Part shown: positions 11,027-20,695 of the stretch, one piece after another
How the letters are laid out: every line of letters begins with the position of its first letter
Position numbering within the stretch: position 1 is the first letter of the stretch
Origin: a virus
Taxonomy: Duplodnaviria; Caudoviricetes
Length of the DNA: 64,000 nucleotides
Strand: one strand, 5' to 3'
IMG/VR virus record: IMGVR_UViG_3300032093_000005
The notes under the pieces: model-generated
Databases searched by the model: none
What the model saw: only the letters and a program-made list of their open reading frames with translations
What the model was told of the DNA's origin: nothing
Position numbers and translations under genes: made by a program

Positions 11027-12967
11027 TTATGACCTCGTTAAATCCCCGTTCGAATAGCTTGATCTATAGTAGTCGTTTGTAGAAAAGACGACTCCAGATA
11101 CATCATCACCAGAAGCAATGACATCCTTAACCATATTTATTTTACTTTTAGAAATGCTAAAAGATAAGTATAAATCTTTTAATCCTACAATATCATTTGA
11201 CTCTGGAAATGCTTGAATTTCAATAATATTTTGTTCTAAACTTGTAGATGCAACAGTTAAAGAACTCAATAAAATTTCTCCAGTTTCATAATTAACTGTT
11301 CCTGCAGATTGAACAATTACAGGAGTTTGGAATGTTTTGGTAGAACCTGCTCCGACTAAAACAGGTACATTTTTTACAATTGAAATTGTACCTTCAGTAT
11401 AAGATCCATCAGAATTTTTAATTGGAGTATCTGTAAAATAAACAGTATCTGTTTCATTCAAAATATTAAATCCTGTTGACTTAATATTTTTTCCTGCTGG
11501 ATTAACATGAAATTTATTTCCAAAACAAATTTCATACTGTGTAGGAGTGTTAATATTTACCTTTAAGTCTCTTCTTAGTATAACTTTTGTAATGTTTGAA
11601 GTCACTGCCTTATCTGTATTATCAATAACTTGTAAAACTTTACTATACTTAAATCTACCACCAAAAGCATTTAGATCAGGAGATTGTGCATAAGAATTTA
11701 AAGACTTGATGATATTTGTTTTTAAGTTTTCAACACTGTTTATTTGAGAATAATTATAATAAACTGTTGAATCTATTTCAACATAGAGTATCTTTAAATC
11801 TGTAATTTGAGGATTAATTCCTGCAACTGTATATTGTTTTAATTTATTTTTAATCTGTTGTTTATTAAAATCAGAAACAAAAGTTCCATTCTTTGGTTTG
11901 ATACTAATAATCACTGTTCCATACTGTGGTGGTGATAATTCTTCCCCACCCACAACAGACACTGACTCAGTTTCTGGATATATTATTGATTTTATAATTG
12001 CCTCATAGTCTCTTGGCGTTACCGCTCTATATTGAGAAGAGTATAGTCTAGGAGCAAAATTACGAACCGAATCAATAGACTCTATCTCAGACCCATTTTG
12101 AGACGACTGAACAGTTGCAATTGATACAGCAGGACCATTAATAAGTTCAACTGCATCATTCTCATTTTTAAAAGTCCCTGCAAATGCAAAGGAACTTGCA
12201 CCATTACCATCTTTCCCATCTGTTACAATATAGGTAACCGTGATGATTGCACCATTTTCAAGTTTTTTTCCAAATCTACCATCACCAAATAATAGTTCAT
12301 ACTTTTCATCTTTAACTTCTTGAATTAGGAAAATTTTTGAAGTTGAATCAATATCAAAAATATTATCAACAAGAGTATAAGTTTGCCCAAGTCCAGTATC
12401 ACTTGTTCCTTTTACATAAACACGAATTGTAGATGTATCAATAAAAGAATTATCAAGTATAAATTTTTGATCTAAAGAACCATCGACTGTAAATTTTTTA
12501 GTTAGAAAAATTCCTTGCTTAACTGTAAGATTATTAAATGTTGCTATACCATTTACAACAGATGCTGTTGTATTTTCTGGAATTGAAAAGACATAAGATG
12601 TTCCACTTGCAGATCCAGTGCAGACAAGACCAGATTGTAACGTTAATGTTGATGTAGAACTTGTTGGTTGTGCAGTGAATGAAACTACAGCACTCGCCGC
12701 TGTTCTAGATCTAGGAACATAACCAATATTACGTGCTAATGAAACAACGTTTTCTCTAACTGTTGCAGAATCCAAAAAGGATTCATTCACAACCATGTTA
12801 GAGTTAAATGCGGTGATATATGTATTATACGCTAAAGTATCAATTAAGATAGAAAAATTAGATCCTTCAAAATCAAAGTCAGTAAAATTTGAATTTGCAC
12901 GCAAATAATCTTTGATTGAAGTTCTAATCTGATCAAAATCTAGATTAGTAAATTTAGTAAAAGGCAT
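11027..12967 (-). CDS. gp6: Baseplate wedge subunit gp6
   Basis: MPFTKFTNLDFDQIRTSIKDYLRANSNFTDFDFEGSNFSILIDTLAYNTY and QYRAVTPRDYE motifs typical of T4-like gp6. Confidence 0.95.
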   Translation of the reverse strand: MPFTKFTNLDFDQIRTSIKDYLRANSNFTDFDFEGSNFSILIDTLAYNTYITAFNSNMVVNESFLDSATVRENVVSLARNIGYVPRSRTAASAVVSFTAQPTSSTSTLTLQSGLVCTGSASGTSYVFSIPENTTASVVNGIATFNNLTVKQGIFLTKKFTVDGSLDQKFILDNSFIDTSTIRVYVKGTSDTGLGQTYTLVDNIFDIDSTSKIFLIQEVKDEKYELLFGDGRFGKKLENGAIITVTYIVTDGKDGNGASSFAFAGTFKNENDAVELINGPAVSIATVQSSQNGSEIESIDSVRNFAPRLYSSQYRAVTPRDYEAIIKSIIYPETESVSVVGGEELSPPQYGTVIISIKPKNGTFVSDFNKQQIKNKLKQYTVAGINPQITDLKILYVEIDSTVYYNYSQINSVENLKTNIIKSLNSYAQSPDLNAFGGRFKYSKVLQVIDNTDKAVTSNITKVILRRDLKVNINTPTQYEICFGNKFHVNPAGKNIKSTGFNILNETDTVYFTDTPIKNSDGSYTEGTISIVKNVPVLVGAGSTKTFQTPVIVQSAGTVNYETGEILLSSLTVASTSLEQNIIEIQAFPESNDIVGLKDLYLSFSISKSKINMVKDVIASGDDVSGVVFSTNDYYRSSYSNGDLTRS

Positions 12968-12968
12968 T

Positions 12969-13370
12969 TTATCTTGTTGCCTCTAATATAAATGAAAATT
13001 GTTGTGTTGGAATGTCTTGCCCAATAATATTAAAAGTAACTGTAATTTCAAACTCATTTAGATCTGGTTTTGGATCTACTTGAACAATCGTATTATTTAC
13101 CCTAGGTTCATAATTAGAAATCACTTCATAAATTTGATCTTCAATGGCAGATGCAGTTCCATAATCAAAAAAATCAAACAAACTACTTCTTACATTTGAA
13201 CCAAGTGTTGAATTAAAAAATCGTTCAGTTGGAATGGTTTCAACTAAATTGCGAATAGAACGAATGATTGCTCTTTCATTAGTTAAAATTGCCAAATCTT
13301 TTGTCACCGGATGTGGATCAAAAGATAAACTAATATCTTTAAAAGATCTAGATATCCGAGTAACTGCCAT
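12969..13370 (-). CDS. gp25: Baseplate wedge subunit gp25
   Basis: FKDISLSFDPHPVT...ERFFNSTLGS...NYEPRV; adjacent to gp6; ATAAATA late promoter at 13392-13398. Confidence 0.93.
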   Translation of the reverse strand: MAVTRISRSFKDISLSFDPHPVTKDLAILTNERAIIRSIRNLVETIPTERFFNSTLGSNVRSSLFDFFDYGTASAIEDQIYEVISNYEPRVNNTIVQVDPKPDLNEFEITVTFNIIGQDIPTQQFSFILEATR

Positions 13371-13394
13371 TGTTAAATAAATTTCTTTACTTAT

Positions 13395-13643
13395 TTATGA
13401 CAATTTCCAGGAAGATCCATACGTTGGTTCTGTCCCATAATCCCAATCGTTATAATCTTCATCATTTCTAATCTTCTCATGCAATTCAAGTTGTTTTTTG
13501 AAGTCATGTCTTGGTGCAACATCATGCATAACTTCTTGAATTACTCGTTTTTGTGGTGTTGAAGTATAATCAGTAATTAATTGAGTGGTTCCCCACATTT
13601 CATACATGTAATTTTTGTCTCTATCGACAGGTAAATTAGACAT
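13395..13643 (-). CDS. Hypothetical protein
   Basis: 82-aa ORF tiling with neighbours. Confidence 0.7.
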   Translation of the reverse strand: MSNLPVDRDKNYMYEMWGTTQLITDYTSTPQKRVIQEVMHDVAPRHDFKKQLELHEKIRNDEDYNDWDYGTEPTYGSSWKLS

Positions 13644-13710
13644 TTTAGCTCCTGTTTTAAGTAATAAAACAGAACTTTTATAAAGGAGGTTGCTATCTCC
13701 TTATGTCTAT

Positions 13711-14052
13711 TTAACGTTCAACTTCTCTCAATGAATATGAGTCTGAATCAAGGTATTTTAAAATTTCAAGAGCAATCAATCTAGGATTTCCTTCACCACA
13801 TGTGTAAACATCAACCGCTAGACACCCATTTTCTGGCCAAGTATGACAAGAAACGTGACTTTCTGCCAGTGCAATGACCACTGTACACCCCTGAGGAATA
13901 AAACAATGGGAAAAAGTGTTTAAAATCGTCATCTTTGCACGATTTATACCTTTGATCATGGCATTTTGAAGCGATTCTACATCATTAATCGCTTCAAAAT
14001 CGACATCATACACCTCTAAGAGCAGGTGTTTACCCATTGAGTACTGTTTCAA
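13711..14052 (-). CDS. speD: S-adenosylmethionine decarboxylase proenzyme
   Basis: GKHLLLEVY...LAESHVSCHTWPE...AVDVYTCG with the E/S autocleavage site. Confidence 0.92.
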   Translation of the reverse strand: MKQYSMGKHLLLEVYDVDFEAINDVESLQNAMIKGINRAKMTILNTFSHCFIPQGCTVVIALAESHVSCHTWPENGCLAVDVYTCGEGNPRLIALEILKYLDSDSYSLREVER

Positions 14053-14074
14053 TTCAATTATTGTAAAAATTTAT

Positions 14075-14674
14075 TTATTTGACCCAAAAACCCTTACGTT
14101 CGTAACTGGAGTCTTCAATAAATCGATATCCTTCACGATTTTCGTCATTTCTACCCTCCCAGACTGGTATTGCAACAGTGTTTCCATATCTAAAATTTGG
14201 ATTTCTACGAAATTGTACCTCTATCAGGTGTCCATCAATGAATTCACAATTTATCCATTCATAATTTTTGTTCAAATTCTTCAAAATATTAGGGAAATCG
14301 ACTTTTCTATCTACTTTTTCCCATTTAGACCACTGATGAATAGAGTCAATTTCTGTTTTTGTGCCCAAAATCACTAAATCTTGTTGTTGGTTGTGATAAT
14401 CAACACTTAAATGTTCTCCTTCAAAGATTTCACACCAAAACTCTGATGGGTGTATGTTATCTGTTTCTTTTTCTATCCATTCTTTACGAGCAAAAAGGCT
14501 CATTCCAAATAAATTAAACGATGGTCGAACAATATAAAAGTCGGGTTTTGGAACTGTGGTTCCCGCTGGACCACAAGTATAACCTAAAACCCGACTTAAA
14601 AAGAGTTTATTGTAAATCCAGAGGTCTGATGGATGTATTTGATTCCATTCATCATCACACTCTAGGTAATACAT
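14075..14674 (-). CDS. Hypothetical protein, possibly ATP-grasp-like
   Basis: 199 aa; YIVRP...NLFGM, FEGEHLSVDY, INCEFIDGHLIEVQFR resemble ATP-grasp elements (inference). Confidence 0.7.
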   Translation of the reverse strand: MYYLECDDEWNQIHPSDLWIYNKLFLSRVLGYTCGPAGTTVPKPDFYIVRPSFNLFGMSLFARKEWIEKETDNIHPSEFWCEIFEGEHLSVDYHNQQQDLVILGTKTEIDSIHQWSKWEKVDRKVDFPNILKNLNKNYEWINCEFIDGHLIEVQFRRNPNFRYGNTVAIPVWEGRNDENREGYRFIEDSSYERKGFWVK

Positions 14675-14829
14675 TATCCTTTACCTTGACCCCTATACTT
14701 TTTACGTGCTCCATTGCGAGAAGACGCAGCATATTTAGTTCCACCACCTTGTCCTTGACGAGACTTTTTCGGAGGACCCGCAATATAAGAACTATTCTTA
14801 CTCAATCCACCTTTTGCTTTTGTAGCCAT
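14674..14829 (-). CDS. Small basic Gly/Lys/Arg-rich protein (51 aa)
   Basis: Manually translated MATKAKGGLSKNSSYIAGPPKKSRQGQGGGTKYAASSRNGARKKYRGQGKG; stop overlaps the next start. Confidence 0.7.
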   Translation of the reverse strand: MATKAKGGLSKNSSYIAGPPKKSRQGQGGGTKYAASSRNGARKKYRGQGKG

Positions 14830-14999
14830 ACATTATTCTCCACTAAAATTTCAGTTTCAAGATCTTCAGGTTTTGGAGAACCTGTCTGATAATACTCAAT
14901 TGACAGATCCTCCATTGCATTGAAATATTCTTCTTCTGTAAGACTTGTGTAAATTCTACGTCCCTTACAAAGAATATTATAGCGTTCGTTAGACATCAA
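14802..14999 (-). CDS. Hypothetical protein
   Basis: 65-aa ORF, start overlaps the upstream stop. Confidence 0.65.
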   Translation of the reverse strand: MMSNERYNILCKGRRIYTSLTEEEYFNAMEDLSIEYYQTGSPKPEDLETEILVENNVWLQKQKVD

Positions 15000-15751
15000 A
15001 TAATCCTTGTTTTTTCGTGCCCTACGCGAATGCGAGGATCACACCAAATCTCAAATCCTGCTTCCTTTGCATCCAAACAGAATGATACGTCTTCTCCACA
15101 CATATCTTGTACATCACCAGACTCAAAGACTTGCATCTTTGGTGCAAACCATGGATACTTCATCTCAGAATGCTCGAAGACTCCATTTTTAATCAACAAC
15201 CATCCAAATCCAGTGTAGTCAACAGTAAATGGTTTACGACGCTTTGAGATACTCTCAACGGTTTCATGATTCATGACACCGCCATTATTGCGGAAATCAT
15301 CTTCTTCTAACCAGTGAGCAACAGAGGTCGTGTGCCCGTCTTCAGTTGCATACCAACCAGCAGCGATGTCTTTATCCATCAAAACTAATTGCCAGAAATT
15401 GTTTGAATTGAATACAATATCAGAATCAATCCAAAGTTGCCAATCATAATTCAGTTTGCCGTCCCAAGGAATCTGATCAGGTCCACGCAGTACATTCGCT
15501 CCTAAACATTTGCAACGAGCAAAGTTTACCATTGAGGAATAGTCCTGCGAGATCTGGATACTTGCTCCTGATTGTACAAGATCAAAACAGAGTTGTACAA
15601 AGTTCTTTAGATATGTGTAAGAAACTCCTCTGCCAGGAAGACAAAAGACAATAGACTTGCCTTTTACCATCTCTCTTGCTAGGTTATAATCCCATTCTTG
15701 TTGCTGCGAAACAGTTGGTGCTTTTGCTTTTACGGTAAATCCTTTAGCCAT
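14996..15751 (-). CDS. Glycosyltransferase-like protein (GT-A fold)
   Basis: WIDSDIVF (DxD), TGFGWLLIK and GEDVSFC motifs. Confidence 0.75.
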   Translation of the reverse strand: MAKGFTVKAKAPTVSQQQEWDYNLAREMVKGKSIVFCLPGRGVSYTYLKNFVQLCFDLVQSGASIQISQDYSSMVNFARCKCLGANVLRGPDQIPWDGKLNYDWQLWIDSDIVFNSNNFWQLVLMDKDIAAGWYATEDGHTTSVAHWLEEDDFRNNGGVMNHETVESISKRRKPFTVDYTGFGWLLIKNGVFEHSEMKYPWFAPKMQVFESGDVQDMCGEDVSFCLDAKEAGFEIWCDPRIRVGHEKTRII

Positions 15752-15773
15752 AATAGAAAGTAGTTACTTCAGT

Positions 15774-15802
15774 ATCATACAATATTATCTATGCTTTGTC
15801 AA
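15774..15802 (-). promoter_or_regulatory. Sigma70-type promoter
   Basis: TTGACA-N17-TATGAT on the minus strand, upstream of 15751. Confidence 0.75.
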
Positions 15803-15969
15803 TCTGCCTCTGTCAGAATAACTTCACCGCCTTCGATGGAAAATTTAATCTTTGTGTCCTCATACCATTCTAATTCATTCATAATCTGCTCAGGAATCTG
15901 AATGAAATACTGCCCGCTAATTGGATCGACTTGTACGGACTCAAAAATATCTCCGGAATTTTTTCTCAT
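15799..15969 (-). CDS. AbrB/MazE-like small DNA-binding protein (56 aa)
   Basis: Manually translated MRKNSGDIFESVQVDPISGQYFIQIPEQIMNELEWYEDTKIKFSIEGGEVILTEAD; IxIP...L.W..G/D pattern of SpoVT/AbrB. Confidence 0.65.
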   Translation of the reverse strand: MRKNSGDIFESVQVDPISGQYFIQIPEQIMNELEWYEDTKIKFSIEGGEVILTEAD

Positions 15970-16237
15970 TATTGTGAATATAAAGGTTTATTTTGTTTTT
16001 ATATAGCGGGGAATTTTTTTATTTTGTTTGGGTCTTATATTCGATTTCCTTTGAGTCTTATATTTAACTAGCGAAAGCAAGACTTTATAGCTTATGGGGA
16101 CCCATTGATTTTATATCGCATACCCCCGACCCGCCCATCAGGATCGCTTAACTGTCAAACACGAACGCATAAGGTATTCTCATCAGTCACGATTAGGGCG
16201 GCAGAGTATAAAGAACTGCCGCCCACGAAAGACTAAC

Positions 16238-16552
16238 TTAGTCGCGCAATCCTAAGTGCTTCGCTACAGTGTACGCCATAAGTGTGACATCCACGCCATA
16301 ATCGAACTCCTCAGATTCTGACGGGAAAAATGTTACATACCATCCGCCGGTTCCTGTTATAGTTGGAACTGTACCCTCTAATTGACACTTAACCGCATAA
16401 TTGTAGGCGATCGTTCTAATGTAAGACGCCATACTTTCGGCGTTAGTGTGACCGTTGCGGTTGATTTGCATCAGAACTTTAACAGTATCCTCCAAACCAG
16501 AGTATTCCCAATTGATGCGAATTTGGTTGGTGAGAGTAGCAGTCATGATCAA
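16238..16552 (-). CDS. Hypothetical early protein
   Basis: 104-aa ORF followed by a GC hairpin at about 16195-16230. Confidence 0.65.
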   Translation of the reverse strand: MIMTATLTNQIRINWEYSGLEDTVKVLMQINRNGHTNAESMASYIRTIAYNYAVKCQLEGTVPTITGTGGWYVTFFPSESEEFDYGVDVTLMAYTVAKHLGLRD

Positions 16553-16610
16553 AAGTGCAGTGGTGAAAGTGTAAAGAATGGGGGCGGATCTTGCCGCCCC
16601 TAATTATAGT

Positions 16611-16835
16611 TCAATCCTCCCAGATCATACCCCAGAAGGAACCCTTACCGTAGGTCGATTCGCACCATGCTTCTGCACTTTCAGTGAGCAGATCCTCCCA
16701 TTCTGACTGATCACAATCCATCCATTCTGCAGGCACGGTCAATTCTACAGTGGCGACACCGTTAGGAATCCAGTGCCGAGCATCGGTAGGTAGGAAGTAG
16801 GAAATGCAAACCTCAGCGGTGGTGGTGGCGGTCAT
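16611..16835 (-). CDS. Hypothetical acidic early protein
   Basis: 74-aa ORF downstream of the dyad promoter at 16897. Confidence 0.65.
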   Translation of the reverse strand: MTATTTAEVCISYFLPTDARHWIPNGVATVELTVPAEWMDCDQSEWEDLLTESAEAWCESTYGKGSFWGMIWED

Positions 16836-17045
16836 GAGTCAGTGGCGTTTGACTCCCATAGATTAACCCCCAGCACTGACCCTGCCTAGGGGGATCAGGA
16901 CAGTCTGCCGATTGGCACAAGACCCCAGTTTGTATAAAGAATAAGACAGGGATGAATGTAAAGAATAAACCACACCACTGACAATAAATTACATTCAACC
17001 CTGAGTTATTCTTTATACTCAGTGGTAAGTATAAAGAATTAAAAA

Positions 17046-17171
17046 CTACTTTTTCTTCTTTCTAGTATTCGCTGCCTTCTTTGCCCCATTAGTTTTTGCT
17101 TGAGACTTTACATTCTTGAATCTTTTATCAGGACGGGATTTGCCATCCTTGTGAATCCATCTACCAAACAT
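17046..17171 (-). CDS. Small basic protein (41 aa)
   Basis: Manually translated MFGRWIHKDGKSRPDKRFKNVKSQAKTNGAKKAANTRKKKK. Confidence 0.55.
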   Translation of the reverse strand: MFGRWIHKDGKSRPDKRFKNVKSQAKTNGAKKAANTRKKKK

Positions 17172-17180
17172 TGTTCTTCC

Positions 17181-17345
17181 TCAGATAAACTTAGCAGGTG
17201 AACCACAAGACTTATAGAATGCAATCATTCTTTCTGCCTCTTCTTTAGTGGTGAAAGATTGTGTTCTCCATTCACAATCATTGTATGGTGATTGATAAGT
17301 AATTGTGAACCCGATTGAATTGATTTGTTGTTGATTGTTGTACAT
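17181..17345 (-). CDS. Hypothetical protein (54 aa)
   Basis: Manually translated MYNNQQQINSIGFTITYQSPYNDCEWRTQSFTTKEEAERMIAFYKSCGSPAKFI. Confidence 0.6.
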   Translation of the reverse strand: MYNNQQQINSIGFTITYQSPYNDCEWRTQSFTTKEEAERMIAFYKSCGSPAKFI

Positions 17346-17371
17346 GAATCTAGATGTGTTAGGTGTGTGTA

Positions 17372-17430
17372 TCTCGTCGAGATGTATGTATGTGTGTCTC
17401 GACGAGATAATGTGTGCGCTCTCGACTAGA
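17372..17430. repeat. TCTCG(A/T)CGAGA dyad repeat cluster 1
   Basis: Copies at 17372, 17397 and 17420 (last degenerate). Confidence 0.75.
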
Positions 17431-17791
17431 TTATTCTTTTCGAGATCTAATCTTTGCTTTTCTCATTTCACGAATGAGTGAAAGATAATTTTGTCGTGCA
17501 GTTTTTTCTAATTCTGCACATTCATCAGTACGATGAAGATGCCACTCAGCAAAAGCAGTTTGCCACTCAGAATGTAAAGATTTAATCATCAGTAGTGGTG
17601 GTGTGACATAACATTGTTGGGGTCATTGTACCAATCAGAATCCTCATAAGATTCAGTCATTCGAATCATCAACTCATCAGTAAGTTCAACGACTCCGGTT
17701 GTAACTAACTGTAGGATTTCTTCAGCGGTGAGGAATGTTTGCATGGTTCTGTAGTGTGGTTAAGAGGGGGGAATGTTACCCCCCGTGAATG

Positions 17792-17944
17792 TTACTTTTG
17801 AATGCAGTATCCGTACTCATCAATCGGGAAATCTTCATGATTCCAGTGTTCCTGAAGATCCTCCCAATTCTCTTGAATGTATTCATGAAGATCAAGTGCC
17901 CGATCTTCTTCCAGTTGGCGGCAGTTGGTGATGGGGTAGTTCAT
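17792..17944 (-). CDS. Hypothetical acidic protein (50 aa)
   Basis: Manually translated MNYPITNCRQLEEDRALDLHEYIQENWEDLQEHW...; downstream of the dyad promoter at 18008. Confidence 0.6.
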   Translation of the reverse strand: MNYPITNCRQLEEDRALDLHEYIQENWEDLQEHWNHEDFPIDEYGYCIQK

Positions 17945-18301
17945 TCAGTGGTGTGGTGTGAACTGAGAGAAGTCTACAGGGTCAGTGGCGCACCATCTCA
18001 GCAGCGGTGGACAGTGCATCCGCTGTCACAGTGCGGATCGGGCGAATCGGTTCCCAGAGAATCCAGAGCAGTAGGGTTGCGATCATCAGGCGGAGCATGG
18101 TAGGATTGGCAGTTGCTTTGCTGAGTGCTTTCACTTGAGACCACAGGCAGATGGACGGGTGATGCAGATGCGATCGGCGGCGGATTCTGTGCTAGTATTG
18201 ACGGTTGCCAATGCCATTTGAGCAACGCCACACGCGAACAGGCAGAACAGGAGAGGGAATGCTTTCATGGTAGGATGGGGGGTTGGTGCCCCCGTATTGT
18301 A

Positions 18302-18562
18302 TCACCCGAACAGGGCAGCGGCAAGACGATCACGCTTGCGGATCTTATCGGGAAAAATGCTCCACTGATCACGCTTGCCATCAGGGCGCAGTGTGGCGGT
18401 GAGAATGCCCTCCCGCTCCATCTCCACCATAATGGCGTGAACAGTGCCCTTATGCTTACGGGGGTCCATTCCCATGCCGCGCACAATGTCGCTGCATGTT
18501 TGCTCGCCGTTCTGAATCAGTGTGGCGCGGACGGCGGTGCGGATGGCGGTTCGGAGGTTCAT
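18302..18562 (-). CDS. Winged helix-turn-helix DNA-binding protein
   Basis: TCSDIVRGMGMD...TVHAIMVEMEREGIL...W pattern of wHTH domains; has its own dyad promoter at 18625. Confidence 0.65.
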   Translation of the reverse strand: MNLRTAIRTAVRATLIQNGEQTCSDIVRGMGMDPRKHKGTVHAIMVEMEREGILTATLRPDGKRDQWSIFPDKIRKRDRLAAALFG

Positions 18563-18768
18563 CGGAGTGGTGTGGTGAACTGATACCAGTATGGGGGCAG
18601 ATGGGGGGCAGATCCATCCAGGTTGTGCCAGTGGTCAGACTGTCCACCGATGCGGGTTTTGCGGGGGATCGGATGCTTATAATACGGGGACAATCAAGAG
18701 AGGGGCAGGGTCGCCCCGTTGACGCAAACGGTCGCCACCGAACCTGCCTGCCGGTATTATAAAAAAAA

Positions 18769-18808
18769 GTATAAAGAAAGGGGGCGGATTGTGCCCCCTC
18801 TTTTATAC
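18769..18808. terminator. Rho-independent terminator-like hairpin
   Basis: GTATAAAGAAAGGGGGC...GTGCCCCCTCTTTTATAC with an A/T run alongside. Confidence 0.65.
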
Positions 18809-18815
18809 TTTAGGA

Positions 18816-19088
18816 TCAGACTTCGATCTGTTCAATGTCACCATGCTTCAGAGCACGGTTAAACAACTGACCCCAAGATGTTGCCGCTTTGTCTTCATCA
18901 TTGGAGAGAAGTGCAAACCAACGCTCACACTCACCTTCATCTTCCCAAGCGTAGCGATAAACTTTATCGCTGCTGTTAAATGTCACCAGCAGATCGTAAC
19001 AATCCCCATCGGCGCGAACAATAGCAAGATGGGCGATGGCGCTGGATTGAACGCTGGCGCTGATCGTGAAGTCGGTTGCGGTTGCCAT
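18816..19088 (-). CDS. KTSC-like domain protein
   Basis: Start re-assigned to MATATDF; SSAI...LLVTF...VYRY...SWGQLFN resembles the KTSC pattern. Confidence 0.5.
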   Translation of the reverse strand: MATATDFTISASVQSSAIAHLAIVRADGDCYDLLVTFNSSDKVYRYAWEDEGECERWFALLSNDEDKAATSWGQLFNRALKHGDIEQIEV

Positions 19089-19158
19089 AGTGTCGTTTGC
19101 GGTTGACTCTGTAAGTCTACAGGATAGGTGGGGGGCATCCGCGCCCCCCGTGTGCATC

Positions 19159-19836
19159 TTAACGATCTGTCACAATGGCGTCAACTGCCTTCTTAGCAGT
19201 CCCGTGTGCAGGAAATGCTATAATAAACTCACGGTCGGATTGTTGACACAAACCGCAGGTGCTGCAGTTAACTTTACCCTTGTGAATCTTAGCAGGGCAA
19301 ACAACAACCTTACGACCGCTCTCAGTGTTAAAGAACCGCCGCGATTCTGTGGAAGGAACAACAGCAACCGCAGGGATTCCGTGCTCTGACATAACCGAAT
19401 CAGCAACCTCTACGGATTCTGTGCTCACGTTGACTGTGAACCCGTTAGCGTTAGCGTTCTGAATCACTTTTAGGTTGTGATCATTCAGAACGTGGTGAGT
19501 GTAGGTGAAACCTTTCTTGCCACGATTTGCCCGCACAAGTGCATCAACCATCAGCGGATTGATGTCACCTAAGAGATGCGGGAGATCCCCAGTTACGTTA
19601 TGACGCCATAAAGAATTGGGGGCAAATTTACGAACCTTGGAGATAAACTCATCCCAAGATACGCCGCGCTCGTGATTAGAAACCTTGCGCCAATGTACAC
19701 CCTGTAGATGATACTTACCGTAGCACCCTGTTTCATAAAAAGGGCAGGCAGTTGAGCAGGATGCCCGTTCTGTGACGGTGGTGGGGATCGGTCCCGTGTT
19801 GCTGTTGCCTGAGGCGGTGGTGATGGCGACTTGCAC
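19159..19836 (-). CDS. Cys-rich phage protein, gp88-like / possible Fe-S protein
   Basis: GTG start after the promoter; SCSTACPFYETGCYG, WRHNVTGDL, GFTYTHH, VVCPA...CSTCGLC. Confidence 0.6.
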   Translation of the reverse strand: MQVAITTASGNSNTGPIPTTVTERASCSTACPFYETGCYGKYHLQGVHWRKVSNHERGVSWDEFISKVRKFAPNSLWRHNVTGDLPHLLGDINPLMVDALVRANRGKKGFTYTHHVLNDHNLKVIQNANANGFTVNVSTESVEVADSVMSEHGIPAVAVVPSTESRRFFNTESGRKVVVCPAKIHKGKVNCSTCGLCQQSDREFIIAFPAHGTAKKAVDAIVTDR

Positions 19837-19916
19837 GGTGGTGTGGTGCGGTTGACCTTTTAAGTATAGGGGTTGGGGGCACCCTGTCGATGCCCCCTGT
19901 GCCACCTTGCCAACTG

Positions 19917-20339
19917 TCACACCTTCCAGAGTTTCTCTTCAATCAGGCGATCAATCAGTGCCTTAGAGAGTGAACCACAGTGCTCACAATGCGATTCCAG
20001 GTTGATACGTTCATGCAGAGAATTACGATAGCAGTAATGCTGAAAGGATGCAAAATGCCAGCGATAAACTGCACTCAGAGTCTGCAGATACTTACGGAAG
20101 ACAACATAATCCGAATAATCTGAGAACCTTCTGATTGTATGATAAACAGAGTTAAATCCCCGAAAATCTGTAGTGTGGCGATTGCGACCACGACAATACT
20201 TAAGAGTATTCATAATCACCTCAGTGTAATGCTCATTGAAAAACTTTGAGGTGACTTCTTGACAAATACGATCCAAATCTTTGATCTGGTTGGAGTTAAG
20301 ATCCTGATCCAGGGAAGGATTAAAGAAAGGGGTGTTCAT
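19917..20339 (-). CDS. Hypothetical early protein
   Basis: Start re-assigned to MNTPFF, downstream of the dyad promoter at 20426. Confidence 0.6.
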   Translation of the reverse strand: MNTPFFNPSLDQDLNSNQIKDLDRICQEVTSKFFNEHYTEVIMNTLKYCRGRNRHTTDFRGFNSVYHTIRRFSDYSDYVVFRKYLQTLSAVYRWHFASFQHYCYRNSLHERINLESHCEHCGSLSKALIDRLIEEKLWKV

Positions 20340-20695
20340 GGTGGTGGGGTGGTGTGTGGTCGGCGTCAGTGGTGCGCCGTTGACGGAATGATGAACGATG
20401 AGAACCTGCCACCACAAGCGGGTTTGTGCCACCTTTAGAACTGGCACAACCCACCGGGTTTTGATGCGGTCTGGCAGTATCCTATGGGGACAATCAGATG
20501 AGGGGAGGGGTATCCCTGTGGACGACAACACATCGCCACCGCCCCTGCCATAAAATAATAGAATGTGAAGAATAGTAAAAAGGATCAGGCACCACCCTGA
20601 TCCTCAGCGTCCACATCACCTTAACCATGCTAGAATTATCTGTTCGCTTCGTGGGTGACTTTCTTTTAGCGGAGGCAAACCCCTTCCTCCTTGTC

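Noticed and set aside
14521-15218. Plus-strand ORFs over the ATP-grasp-like and GT genes
   Set aside because: Antisense shadows.
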